Source: Haliotis rubra
Lineage: Eukaryota
DNA length: 64,000 nt
Assembly: GCF_003918875.1 (NCBI RefSeq)
Contig: NW_025766248.1
Location: forward strand, 1,240,001 to 1,304,000
Direction: 5' to 3'
Made by a program: the position numbers and the translations under genes. The notes under the pieces are model-generated. The model saw only the letters and a program-made list of their open reading frames with translations, searched no databases and had not been told where the DNA came from. Below, in pieces: positions 1-11,280 of the stretch (its first letter is position 1; every line of letters begins with the position of its first letter).

Positions 1-68
1 GAATTGGGTGGAATAACGGTTTTCTTTGATACCGAGATCCTTGATACTTGTGGTACCTTTTGAGAACG

Positions 69-605
69 TCATAGAGCCATTTCAATGATATCTGATCCCA
101 TCTGCAGTACTTGTTGAGTCAAGTCCAGATGAGCCCCCTGGGGAACTAAGAAGTCAAGTCCCAGAAGAGCATCATCTTGAATGGGACCCACTACCACAGT
201 AATCGAATAGGTTTGAGACCCTAGTTGCAACTGGAGTGGTTCTGTCACAAAGGAAGACATATGTAAGTCTCTCCCTGCAGTTCTTAACTTAATGTCCTGT
301 TTCTTCTCGGGTTCCCGTGAGAGTTTCTTATAAAAAGTGTCTGATATTATGGTTACCTCAGCCGCGGTATCCACCACTGCAGGGGTATGCTGGTCCTGGA
401 TTCCGACTGGTACCAAAAACATAGATCCAATTTTTAATTGCCTAACTGTGATCTCTGGAAGTGATGAACTATCTTCTTCCGATGAACTAGTTGACTCATG
501 AGCAATGGACGAAATGCGGGAGGTCATTGAAGGCATGTCATGTCCAGTGGGATCTAACAATGGCAGATATTGTGTCCGAGGATTCTCAACCAGTTGACCA
601 TCCAC
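69..605 (-). pseudogene. Retrotransposon aspartic protease (retropepsin)
   Basis: AVVDTAAEVTIIS catalytic motif and IQDDALLGLDFL C-terminal motif. Confidence 0.9.
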
Positions 606-759
606 AACTTGCAGTTGTTGGCCTTCTTCAACTTGGATCGAGGTTAGGCCTCTGAGCTCGATACGGACATGCTTAAAGCCCCAGTTGCATCTTGTAATGC
701 TTTAACATCCTTTTCCTGTGCATTAAATGTGACCCTTTTCTCTCCTCGTTTACTGAATT

Positions 760-3083
760 GATTGGACAATCTCTGCGAAAATGGCCTGTTTTCCCAGATT
801 TGAATCACTCCCCCGATCTTGTTGGCGATGACGAGTTGCTTCTAAACCTTCGACTCAAGATGGCTGTCAATTTCCGTATGTCTGCTGACATCTCCTCGAC
901 ATTAGCTTCCAGATGGGTCAAACATTCCACCACATTGTACCTTACGGGTTGTGATGAAGTTTGCCGCTTATCCTGAAAAGAGGTGTGATTTGCGACACCA
1001 AGTATTCATCTTCTTCGGAATCATTGGCCAAGTTCGATTGCTTCACATCTCGCCTAATGATTGGTCTACCATAGACTGCCTGAGTGTTCTGGAAGTATTT
1101 CTGTACAGCATCCATGGCTGATTCCAGAGTTGTCAATCCCAGGTTTGAAACATAGTGGGCAGCTTCTGTATTAGCACATCCTTGCCAGAATCTCCGCACC
1201 ACTTGTTGTTCCACAAAGTCATCTAGTAAATCCGGGAATGCAGCAATCGCGACTTGGAGTACACGCTCCGCCCATTCTTCCAAGGACTCGTCTGAGTTCT
1301 GACGAAGGTTTGGAAACTGCAGTTGGGCAGTCTCTGGATGACACTGTTTCCCAAACCGCCTATCAAGTTTCTTCACCATTCCTTGGAATGAGATGAACTC
1401 ATCTCTCTCTAGCAATAAGGCAAAGAAGTCAGCTGCTTTACCAGTTAGGCAGTAACACAACTGATCTACCTTTTCTTCATCCTTCCATGACTGAGAACGA
1501 GCAAAACGTTGAAATTTCATATAAAAGGATGACCATCTTGTACTACCGTCATATACCATCCGCGGTAGTGAAGCTGTTGGTTAATCCCCATGTGCTGGAT
1601 GCCTCCCCACAATATGTTTAGGATGCACCTCATCTAAGTCGCTATCCAAAGAGTAGCCTAATGGTTCTCTCCAGGCGGCTTGATGACGATGATGGAGCTC
1701 TCTGGATCCTGTCTACCCTCTCGTTACGTAAAGGTTTACACATCCTCTGCCTACCTCTGGGGGCAGGTGCGAGACCATCATTAAAATATCCAGAATGATC
1801 CCAGAGTGCCTGGAGTTCCCCGCAACAGATTGGTTTGCGGGCCACAGGATGTGTACCATCCACCCGGCATTAATTAGGACCTTCTCCGGAATAATACTCC
1901 CTTGGCTCATGGTTGATATAGTCTCCATATATCTGAGACCTTTGGGAGCGGGAAAGGTGATGGCTACATTAAGAATGGTCATGTGTGTTTCCATATACAG
2001 CATACTCCCTTAAGGCATGTTTAATCCTAGGGTACACATCTGCATATCTTGACAAACCATGTTCTGTCCCTGATTCCAGATAGATACATTTCCTCTCTAG
2101 GCCCAGCAGGGGTACTGGAAGTAGGAGGCCAAACGGGGTCGCTCCCGTTCTGCTTAGACAGATATACATCTCCTTCTAACTCTCTATCAGAGATTCCCCT
2201 GCTTCTCGATGTTCTCTCCCATAGACTGTCATACCGCTGTCCCTTGGGTGGATGGGGTTTCACGTGTGTTATTCCCCTGGGCTGAGTTAACTAGGATTGG
2301 TTGAGGGGCCATACTTTTGGTTTGGCCTGTTCCCCTCCGTTGCCTATACCCATGGGTTAGAGCATGTCTCTGATGGACATTCCCGTCAGCACCTTGGAGG
2401 ACCCGAGGGTCGACCTCCGCAGTATTGGGCTTTGTTCTTGAACTCTGCCGTGACACGTTCATACCATGTACCACAGAATGAGGGTTGGGCATAGGTGCCT
2501 TGCCAAGACATCGGATCTTTAGGGTTACTGGCTTCCAGATTGGCAAGAACATCAGAAAAAGCTTCCATTTCCCTGTTGAAATCATGAGAGGCCACCTACC
2601 ACTGGTCATAGAGAGCACTATGACTTTGTGGAGTAAGTCCTCTACGCTTGGCCTGCAAGTTGGTTTCCGCATGTTCCAACTGTCTTAAGTTGGACTGAAT
2701 AGCATCAGCGTCAGTACTGGTGACTGGTTTATGGAACCTTAGGTCAGTATCGGACTATCTACCTGGTGTACCTTCGGTGACCGGGGTAAACTGACCATAG
2801 ACTGATTTGGGTCTGGGTTTGGATGGTGCAGCTTTCCCTGAAGCCTGTTGCTCCACCATCCTCGGAGACCAAGAGCCTGCAGTTGAAATACCAGGATATT
2901 CCACAGCAAAAGGGATAGCGCTAAGAGCCTGCTCAGGGTTCCTGGGAGATTACGGAAAACCTCCTCCGTCAGGACACCTAGGCTCTCTCTGAGTTCCACA
3001 ATTTTCCTGGCCAGTTTCATCCCTGTTCACGGAATAAGCCAGAGTTCCTCCTCAGAGCGCAGATTAATAAATACTGGTGGCAT
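760..3083 (-). pseudogene. gag: Disrupted gag: N-terminal HhH, long low-complexity linker, capsid domain, dead zinc knuckle
   Basis: YDGSTRWSSFYMKF...LCYCLTGKAADFF...LRQNSDESLEEWAERV capsid motifs (942-1559); GE*FKSGKTGHFRRDCP is a mutated CX2CX4HX4C at ~766-812; ATG at 3083 is in frame with ORF 2739-3020. Confidence 0.85.
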
Positions 3084-4069
3084 TATTGGATTATCTGAAA
3101 TAATCCAACAACCATATTTAATATCTAAGTTAGTACAAGTTATACATAACCCCATTTTTTGGAACGAATACAGTTGGGAAAGGAACATAAGTGTTCGGGC
3201 CTTCCCTGCAGTATTCTTGCTCTTGTACTACAACCTGAGGTAAGACCAAGCTGACCTATAGGTACTTATATGGTAGGTGTATAACCTTAAACTAACCTAG
3301 CTAAAGAGTTGCCAATATTATGGATAAGACAAACTCTATATATGTCAAAGGATAGAAGGTTGAGGTTACAACCCATGTGACGAGTCTACACCTGAGCAAA
3401 ATAGACCATGGCGGAGAGAAGACCCGAGACATACGATCAACCACAGCCACCACCGATAGAGAACGGATACCAACCCGAACAACACTGTGCTACACGTTGC
3501 TGACAGGGCGAGGCAATGGCAGCAGTTTGCGATGCCCATTGTCCGAAGAAGGATAGAGCACCAGTTGATCGTGAAGAATGTTCCACGTTGCCGAATATAC
3601 TGACTGCGGACCAGTAGAATGTTGCCGTTCGTATGGAGGACAGAGCATTAAAGTGGACGGCATATTGTCTGCAACCGGAATTACAGGCTTCACAAACCAG
3701 AACCAAGTGAACGATATCTTTCCCCGGAGGACAAACAACTCAGACACTAAGCATAAGCTACCCTTACCTAACACTACCAGACTTACAGATGCACACACAC
3801 AACATTGCAGGCAAGATAAAAGAACTGTACCAGCAGTAAACTATGGCAAATGGCATACCCTAGAATAATGTGTACGGTCAGCGGGCGTCCAGCTATGATA
3901 AATATAAAACTAAAGAGCATTGGGTTTTTTACTCTATTAGCCATTGAAAAAGCTTAAAACACTCCATACAGCGAGTTTTGCTCTAAGTAGTATATACAAT
4001 GATTGTCTGAGATCAAGTCCAACAAAAGTCTACCTTGGGGAACAATCACAAATAAAGCTTTTGTCAGGC

Positions 4070-4090
4070 CCTTAGATCTCGCCACCATTG
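4070..4090 (-). promoter_or_regulatory. Putative primer-binding site and LTR 3' end
   Basis: Minus strand reads ...GTATATACA-A-TGGTGGCGAGATC, i.e. LTR-terminal CA followed by a TGG-starting PBS upstream of gag. Confidence 0.5.
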
Positions 4091-4237
4091 TATATACTAC
4101 TTTTGAATCCCTAGTTAACTTCCCGGCCCCACGTGACACAATAGTCTCACAATGACCGCGAACTAGCACTTGACACTATGTCGCTTTGACCTCGAGGAAA
4201 CAGTTTAATGTGAATCGCATATGATCTCTTTGGTGTC

Positions 4238-4775
4238 CTATGTACTTTTTTTTCTCGTCTTCTCTGATAGCAGACTTACGAGACTTGGACCGGATTTCTT
4301 GTTTCATCTTACGGTACTTGTCGAGTTCAGAGAGGATTTAACGAAATTCCTCCTCTGAGATCTTACTGTCAGTGAGTGCTGTGGAAATACTCTCACTTAC
4401 TGTGTTCAGCTTTGCTTCAGCCAGAACCCTGATCTCGTCGTGTTTCAACGCTTTACGATGCAGTCTGCGGGATGCAAACTTAAACACCAACCCTGCCACC
4501 CCTACAACCCCAGCTGTTATTTCAATGCCTAGCACTATAGGTGCGGCCACGATGGTGGCCAACAAACCAACACCTGCCACCCCTAGCCCGATGCTGGTTG
4601 CCATAAGGGCAGTATCAGTCCCGTCCACGATATTGAAAGCTCTATGGTACTTCTTATATAGTGCTTCACGCGTGTCGTGGTCTTGTTCTAGTTGGCGTTT
4701 TACATCACATAACTGTCTCAAGCCGAACCTGTCTACGGTTTCCAATGTCTTCTCGACTTCCTCTACGACTGTGCA
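4238..4775 (-). pseudogene. Hydrophobic-hairpin/coiled-coil protein of Polinton/adintovirus-like elements (resembles the ORF labelled GasderminX in adintoviruses)
   Basis: ORF 4338-4745: TALMATSIGLGVAGVGLLATIVAAPIVLGIE...KHDEIRVLAEAKLNTVSESISTALTDSKISEEEFR; continues in frame past a premature TAA as ILSELDKYRKMKQEIRSK. Family name is from recall. Confidence 0.65.
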
Positions 4776-4913
4776 TATAATAAATTCTAAAAAATATCTT
4801 TAAAAAGTGCATAATTTACGTTTTGCACAGTGTATTTGAAGCTTACAAGTCTTAGACCCTCATACAGGGAAATAAGGGAGAAGGAAAAAGGTAACTTTGC
4901 ATCCACACGAACA

Positions 4914-6376
4914 TCATCGAGGCTTACTGAGGGGACCCGTTGAAGGGTCCGGTTTTATGAGGATACGGCAACGGTCGCCCAGGACTAGGTCGCTATAGTG
5001 TATTATCACCCTGGGTAAAAGTTGCAGTTCTACAGGATCACTCACCCCGAAGTAGACTTCTATGGCTAGTGTGGAGCCTGGTTTCACCTTCATAAGGTCC
5101 AATTGGGAATTGGGTACGTCAAACCTTAACTCGTCCTCCAAGCTTGAAGCAACTAACATGTTACCCGTGTGATACGGGCTTAGTTGAGTACTTATACTAT
5201 ACTTCGGAACGAAACCCCGAACAAGATACCGTTGTTCCTTATTTCGGAGACATACCTTTCGTTGTCAAACGAGATATAAAGTTTGGTGAGCGTCATGCTG
5301 AGCAACCGTTTGGGTTCTATAAAGTGGTCTGGCAGACGACGCCGCACGTACATGCCGTTTCTTAAGTGTAGGACGTACGAGGCGTCTTCCTGGCTTGTCT
5401 CCTAGATCGTTAAGCATGGGGTTGAGTGGATGACTAGTCATTGTTATATTACTATCATAAGATAGTTTCCAACTGTTTTTCTGATAATCTCTCAGGGGTG
5501 CACTTCAACCCCATGAAGTGTATGTTGTCGGGTAGGGAGATCTTGGTGAGTGATATCGTGTCTTCCACGGTTTCGGTGACCCCCTGCAGACTGGTGTGGG
5601 AATCGACACCCACCCGCATGTAAACAGTGCAAATCTGATACTGGTGCCGTTTCACCCACTGGAGTTTGATCCCCTTCACGATTTCGACTTCATCCGGAGA
5701 TGGTTCCCCTAGGTAGACTTTGATGACCAGCGTGGAGTTCGCTGGTAGGCTCACCAGGATGTTGACCATGCCAGCGAATTCAGACACCAACTGCACTCTT
5801 GCACTCCCGGTTTACTCGATAGCATGTGGGCTGCCATACTGGCGACTGGGCTGATAATTACACTACGTCTCTGCAACGGGACATAAGCCACGAGCAGGGT
5901 TCCATTGTTCGCGACTTTATTAGGTAGTTGTCTTTGTTCTCCGTGAACACGTAGGGGGAGCCAAGCCTAATGTTGAGAAACCAGTTGACTTTAGCGGGCA
6001 ACAACACCCACTTGTCGTCGTCGGTGAAGACGAGCGTATATGATTTTTTTCTGGCGATGGTCATGCTATCAACATCTGCTAAGTCAAACAGTTTGCCCCT
6101 GAACGATGGGTGTACCACCCATCTATCATCACGGATGTGGACTAAGTCGAACCTAGTGTTGAGGGCCGCTCCTGAGGTCTCATGTATATTACTTAGGTTT
6201 CTAGTACCACCAATGATGGGGACTTCAACGCGTTTGTAAATGTTGTTATTCAGTTGGAAGGCGTACAGTTTACCATCTTCTCATGGGTCGTCGAATCCGC
6301 GTGTGTCCCCGAGGGCGGAGATCCCCACATTAACGCATTTTCTCAACTTCATCCCTGGACCTTGTGCGCTGGTCAT
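4914..6376 (-). pseudogene. Disrupted ~480-aa ORF directly downstream of penton (fibre/structural-like, internal repeats)
   Basis: ATG overlaps the penton stop (AAATGA); fragments 5858-6118, 5455-5796 and 4914-5159; repeated motif PANSTLVIKVYLGEPSP / KPGSTLAIEVYFGVSDP. Confidence 0.5.
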
Positions 6377-7016
6377 TTTATGTGCAGCGTAATCCTGAGT
6401 TATCCTATATTCACAGTATTATCTAACACCGATATTACCAACTCAGGGATTGTGCCCCGAGTTAACCTCTTGTACTGCCCCGATGAAAACGACTCGGTTC
6501 TACCGTCGTTGTATTTCTCCATTTTCACGGATACGGCTCTCAGTATCATGGAAGGCTGGCCCCCTTGAATGTTGTTAGTCATGCTCAACTGACCGAGATG
6601 AATGCACAGCTCTCGGTACGGTACTAGGTCGGGTAACTTCGTGCCTGTGACGGTAGTTGTGGGTTTTATCTCATCAGGCGGTATACCGAGTGTCCTTGCC
6701 AGTGGTCGACAAAGCCTCAAGGGGTTTATTCTGTTGTTGGTTAACACCACTGTGCTGATTGAGGCATATATCTTGAGTTCGGCTCCCAAGGGTTTGAAGA
6801 CCTCGTCGCTTAGCGAGCACACGCTGCAGTAGCCGGCAGTTATCTGGTTGTGGGCGCCACTAACGAACAGCTTGTTGTTGTTGGTGTTGATGTTTATCCA
6901 TCGCGGGACATAGTTGATATCGCAGAGTGCGACTTCAAGTTGACCCGACGTGTTATCAATCGCGTGCATCACCTAAACAGACACCCCCTCGTTATTCCCG
7001 GTAGTGTTATGTGCAT
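6373..7016 (-). pseudogene. Penton/minor capsid protein (single jelly roll), Polinton/adintovirus type
   Basis: MHITLPGI start at 7016 (frameshifted), LEVALCDINYVPRWINI motif, ILRAVSV..F...YKRL..GTIPELVISVLD, and in-frame C-terminus G*LRITLHIK. Confidence 0.75.
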
Positions 7017-7055
7017 GTTAGAGTATATATACCTATTATACAATACTTCAAAAAC

Positions 7056-7303
7056 ATGAAAATCGTAATGGATGTGCCTGGGCTGTATTTCGAAACCAAG
7101 TTCATTGATGTGTTCAAAAAGTATAGATTTTCAAAGACACATGACAAGATAGTCTTCGCATGGTTTAACAATCCTATGCAGTTCTGGCAGAGTCAGTTCA
7201 ATTTCGCTGTGTGGTGTGCGACGACTGGGTGTGTCTTGACCTTGAACGACTTTCGTGATGCCCTGAGTTGGTCCGTGTTAACGTTTCACTTATACTACCA
7301 GAT
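7056..7303 (+). pseudogene. Conserved hypothetical protein of Polinton-like elements, truncated by the LINE junction
   Basis: WFNNPMQFWQSQFNFAVWCATTGC...SVLTFHLYYQI, a motif I associate by recall with invertebrate Polinton-like loci; divergent from penton. Confidence 0.55.
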
Positions 7304-8190
7304 CAATAATTCTCTGCCTTTTTCTTCGCTTTTCTGGCTTGCTTACAATCTGTATTTAAAAAAAAGGGTTTTGTACATGTGGAGTTGTAGAGGACTTTGG
7401 TATACAGTCATTAGCTATTTCATATAAAACGTTAGAAAATACCTGAATGGGATCATCTATATCACTGAGACATTCAGGTCGTTATTTAATTGTGCATAAA
7501 TTGTGAAATAAGGACCAGTCTGCCTTGGAAAAATTCCATCTTGTGTGTGATGGATAATCAGAAGGATAAATTTCTGACAGTGTGGTTGGAAAGTGGTCAC
7601 TTCCACAGAGGTCATTGTGGACTGACCAATGAAATTCATTGAGAAGGTTAGAGTCTACGAGAGACAAATCCAGTGAAGAATAGGTGCCGGTTGAAGGATG
7701 CAGATACGTGCTTGAGTCGTTGTTAAATATACATAGGTCATTGTTAGAAATAAAATCTTCAAGTATTTTACTTTTAGTGTTAGTGTGTGTACCACCCTAG
7801 AGTGGGTTGTGGTCATGATTATACAGGGTTTGGGGAGTTGCTCATAGGGATTTTGAAGATCGGCCTGTACAAGTGTTGAAGACGGTGTAATGTATAGAGA
7901 GCATAATGTGAAAGTAGCATGTTCAGTAAGTCGCACTGCAACGGCTTGGAGATTAGTATTAAGTTCTGACGAACAAGGATTGATGATTCTCCAGAGGCTC
8001 TCTCAAATACTGGAGAAAAACAGTGATATCCACTGAATTCAGGTAATTCAAATTTGTCTGTCTGCATTAGAGACGTTTCCTGCAGACAGAATACTGATGG
8101 TGCAAAGTCCTGTACTAATAAATGTATTTCATTGAAATTAGTCTTGAGTCCTCTACAATTCCACTGTATATTTTTTTAAATAACCTATCG
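7303..8190 (-). pseudogene. LINE ORF2 apurinic endonuclease domain, frameshifted
   Basis: IQWNCRGLKTNFNE...FCLQET; TLCSLYITPS; DLCGSDHFP; RWNFSKADWSLF. Confidence 0.9.
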
Positions 8191-9468
8191 TTTGGGGAAA
8201 AGATTGGAGATCTACCCCGCACTTTTTCGCGGGCGACATGCTATGCGTCCTTGGATGGACTTTTTCGGACACTTCCATATCCTCAAGTGAACCATATTTA
8301 TTATAGAGTTGAATTTGATTACTGACCCCTTGATACTCTGTCACTTTGATGTTTTTTGGAAGACTCTGGTCTTGGTTTATTTTGCTTTTACTGACTTGTT
8401 TCAAAGATGATTGAGACGGTGATTTCCCCCGTGCAACAGATGTGTCCTTATTATCCACTGATTTACACTGGAGTTGAGATGTGCTTGGAATAATTTCAGC
8501 TGTTTGTGTGGATTGTTCTGGTGAAAATCTTTCAGGAGTCTCATTTTTCACCCATGTCAATACTGTCTGGCACGCTAGTGATGCCGTTATGACTTTTGAT
8601 AGTTTGGGACGTGTATCAGAAAGTGTGCAGGTAATGGACGCATATGTTTCTGTCAATTATGGAGTTTGTACAAGGTTTTTTGCTTCTGCAAAACTGATGT
8701 TTCTACTGAATTGTATTTTGTTTATCTCCATTTGCTTTTCCATATTGGGCATTCCTTAGAGGAAGATGAATGTGCTCCAGAGCAGTTTACGCACTTTTTG
8801 AAGTTACTGTCACAATCTTCTGTCACATGCGTCTTCTCACTGCAGTGAGCGCATGTAACAGATAATGTACAAGTATTCATACCGTGGCCAAACTTCTGAC
8901 ACTTGAAACATCTGAGAGGGTTTGGAATATATTTGTCAACCCTAATATTGCAGTAACCAGCCTTTATAGATTTAGGAGCAATAGGAGATGAAAACGAAAA
9001 AAGATAGGTGTTTGTCTGAAGGGTTTCTGAGTTTCTACGAGTGGTTAATCTTTTTACAAAGATGACACCTTGGTCTTCCATTTTAGAGACAATATCAATT
9101 TCTGCTATGTCAGTAAACAATCGATTCCGGTCTCTCACAATACCTTTGCTGGTATTTAGTTTTCAGTGTGCAGAGACTCCAACGGGAATACCAACAAATG
9201 AATCGGTTGACATAAGATTGGATGCCTGTTGTCTCTTGGTACATTCAATTAACAGTGCACCTGAGCATAAGCGTTTAATATTTTTCACATCTACTGCGAT
9301 GCTTTGATTGCCCTTAGATATTGCAAAGGGATTTAATTTCAGCGGAGATTTATCAAGAGTTTCAATAACAATGAAACGGGGCCGGTAATCAATAGTTTGT
9401 GAGGGTCGCTGTTCATCGTCATTCTCAAGAGGATGTTTCGTTTTTTTGGAAGGAGTTTCATAAGCCAT
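8190..9468 (-). pseudogene. LINE ORF1 (gag-like, zinc knuckles), frameshifted
   Basis: KLNPFAISK..VKNIKRLCSGALLIEC; YIPNPLRCFKCQKFGHGMNTC, CAHCSEKTHVTEDC, CVNCSGAHSSSSKECP. Confidence 0.9.
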
Positions 9469-10031
9469 GTTTAATGGATAATTATTCATCATCTGAGCTC
9501 CCCACCCACCACGGAGTGTAATAAAGACCATGCTTAAACCAAGTGGGTCTCCGACTTGCAGCACCAAGGATACTCGGATGATATACTCCAGCAGAAGAGT
9601 TATTAATAACTAATCCACCAGATGAACCCATGAGCCACCGCCTTCTGTGCATAAGACTCTAGGCAAAGTTCATAACAACATATTTCAAAATCATAAACAT
9701 TTTATATGAACAGTTATGCCAAGACCGAAATTAAAACAGTTCCAAATCAAATTTGTGTAATGACATATAGATATAGTCCATACACAGAGCTTGGCGTGAG
9801 CAGCCGATTGATTGAATCGGGCCAATCGGGTCCATTCAACCACCCGTCTAGGTGAAGTCAGGGCCGAAGTGGAGTGTTGGGCAAAGGAACACTGTTCCTG
9901 GAACCAGTGCCCTCAACCACCAGACTCCCTTCCTCCACCGACACAGGGGCGCAACCCACGGCAAACGGGTTGGTGGACCAAATATACCCCCAGGTCTACA
10001 ACGGTGGGTCGAAGAGCCGGCTTATTATTAT

Positions 10032-10405
10032 AGGAGAAACTCCCCAAACAGTATCAGTCTCTCGGAACGAGTTACGCCCACATTCTGAAAGCGATCGGAG
10101 TGCGAGAGAATTTTTTTCCTGTATGAATATCTCGACACTCTGGAAAAGTTGGAAACAGAGTCTCGGTTTCCAACTTTTGGTGAGGATTGGTATTCCAGCC
10201 TCAAACAGAAATCCGTCCTCGATGATGTCTTAAAATCGGTCGAGGACAATTATGCTGATCTAGAGGCCATCTGGAGACGGGAAGGTATGTCAACATTCCG
10301 AGATTTCCTCAAGTGGTATAACAATTTGTACGTGGGTGCCTTTGTGGAAGCCATGCAACAGTTGTATTTCGAGGACGGCATCGACATCATTAAAGAACCA
10401 TTTGA
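10032..10405 (+). pseudogene. polB: Protein-primed family B DNA polymerase fragment (exonuclease region)
   Basis: GTSYAHILKAIG..FFP/YEYLDTLEKLE...WYSSLK...IWRREGMSTFRDFLKWYNNLYVGAFVEAM..YFEDGIDIIK (one frameshift), matching the Polinton pPolB KGxFPYEY and YNxxDV motifs. Confidence 0.85.
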
Positions 10406-10995
10406 GTCTTATCAATGATATTTTCAACAATGTCCAGAGGAGCAGCAACGCTTTCAAAATGTTTCTTGGAAGGGATGAGGAGGACATCTTAAAATTTGAC
10501 CATCCAGTGACATAACTACACATGGTTCTGATGAATGCCTTAGAGGAGGGTATACACATGCATCGTGAATTACTGAGGATTCATTCTAACCCAGACCTTC
10601 ACGGGTCATCTGACTTGTGACGATCCGGTTTAGAATTATTCTTCAGTAATCCATGCTTGACTCAGTAACTAATTCGCTGATATAGAGCGGAAACAGTAAG
10701 AGGCCCACCATAGAGCCTTGGCGCATTCCCGTATGACATGTGAAATAATCACTCAATCCATATTCAGTTCTAACACAGGGGTTAGTTTTAAGTACGTACC
10801 TCTCGAAATATTCAAAACTCGTCCATGAATACCAAAGTTTATTAGGTGATACAACGGATGATTATGACTGTCACAGTCAAATAATTTTGAAAAATTAATG
10901 ACACCCCCCAAAAAAACAAAAACAAAAACAAAAACAAAAAACCCACTAAAAACGCCCTCCCGACATTGATAAGGACTTTTGAATCATTCCATGAA

Positions 10996-11231
10996 GAGTG
11001 AGTGAGTGAGTTTAGTTTTACGCGGCACTCAGCAATAGTCCAGCTGTATGGCAGCTGTCTGTAAATAATCGAGTTTGAACCAGACAATCCACTGATCAAA
11101 GGCATACTGAAGCACCGATCTGCGCAAATGGGAACCGATGACATGTGTCAACCAAGCCAGCAACCTGACCACGTTAGTCGCCTCTTATGACAAGCATGGG
11201 TTACTGAACGCTAATTCTAACCCGGACCTTC
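10996..11231 (-). mobile_element. SINE-like family A copy
   Basis: Matches family A consensus GACCCGTGAAG...GTCGTAAGAGGCGAC...CTGGAATATTGCTGAGTGCGGCGTAAAAC(TCAC)n. Confidence 0.85.
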
Positions 11232-11280
11232 TGACTTATGAAGATCCCTGTAAGAATTGATCTTCAGTATCCCATGCTAC

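Larger units (their letters stand above)
1..4088 (-). mobile_element. Degenerate Gypsy/Ty3 LTR retrotransposon, 5' part (leader, gag, protease); continues beyond the window start
   Basis: Collinear minus-strand pieces: PBS-like TGGTGGCGAG after ...TACA (4087-4078), gag start at 3083, capsid-like ORF 942-1559, decayed CCHC knuckle ~766-812, aspartic protease 69-605; many stops and frameshifts. Confidence 0.9.
7303..10030 (-). mobile_element. I/Nimb-clade LINE with 5' UTR, ORF1 and APE domain; 3' part (RT, RNase H) missing
   Basis: ORF1 with three Cys/His knuckles followed immediately by an APE endonuclease ORF2; ~560 bp 5' UTR. Confidence 0.9.
4238..10570. mobile_element. Endogenous Polinton/Maverick- or adintovirus-like element remnant, interrupted by a LINE at 7303-10030
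   Basis: Densely packed intronless ORF remnants including a penton-like protein and a protein-primed PolB fragment. Confidence 0.8.
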
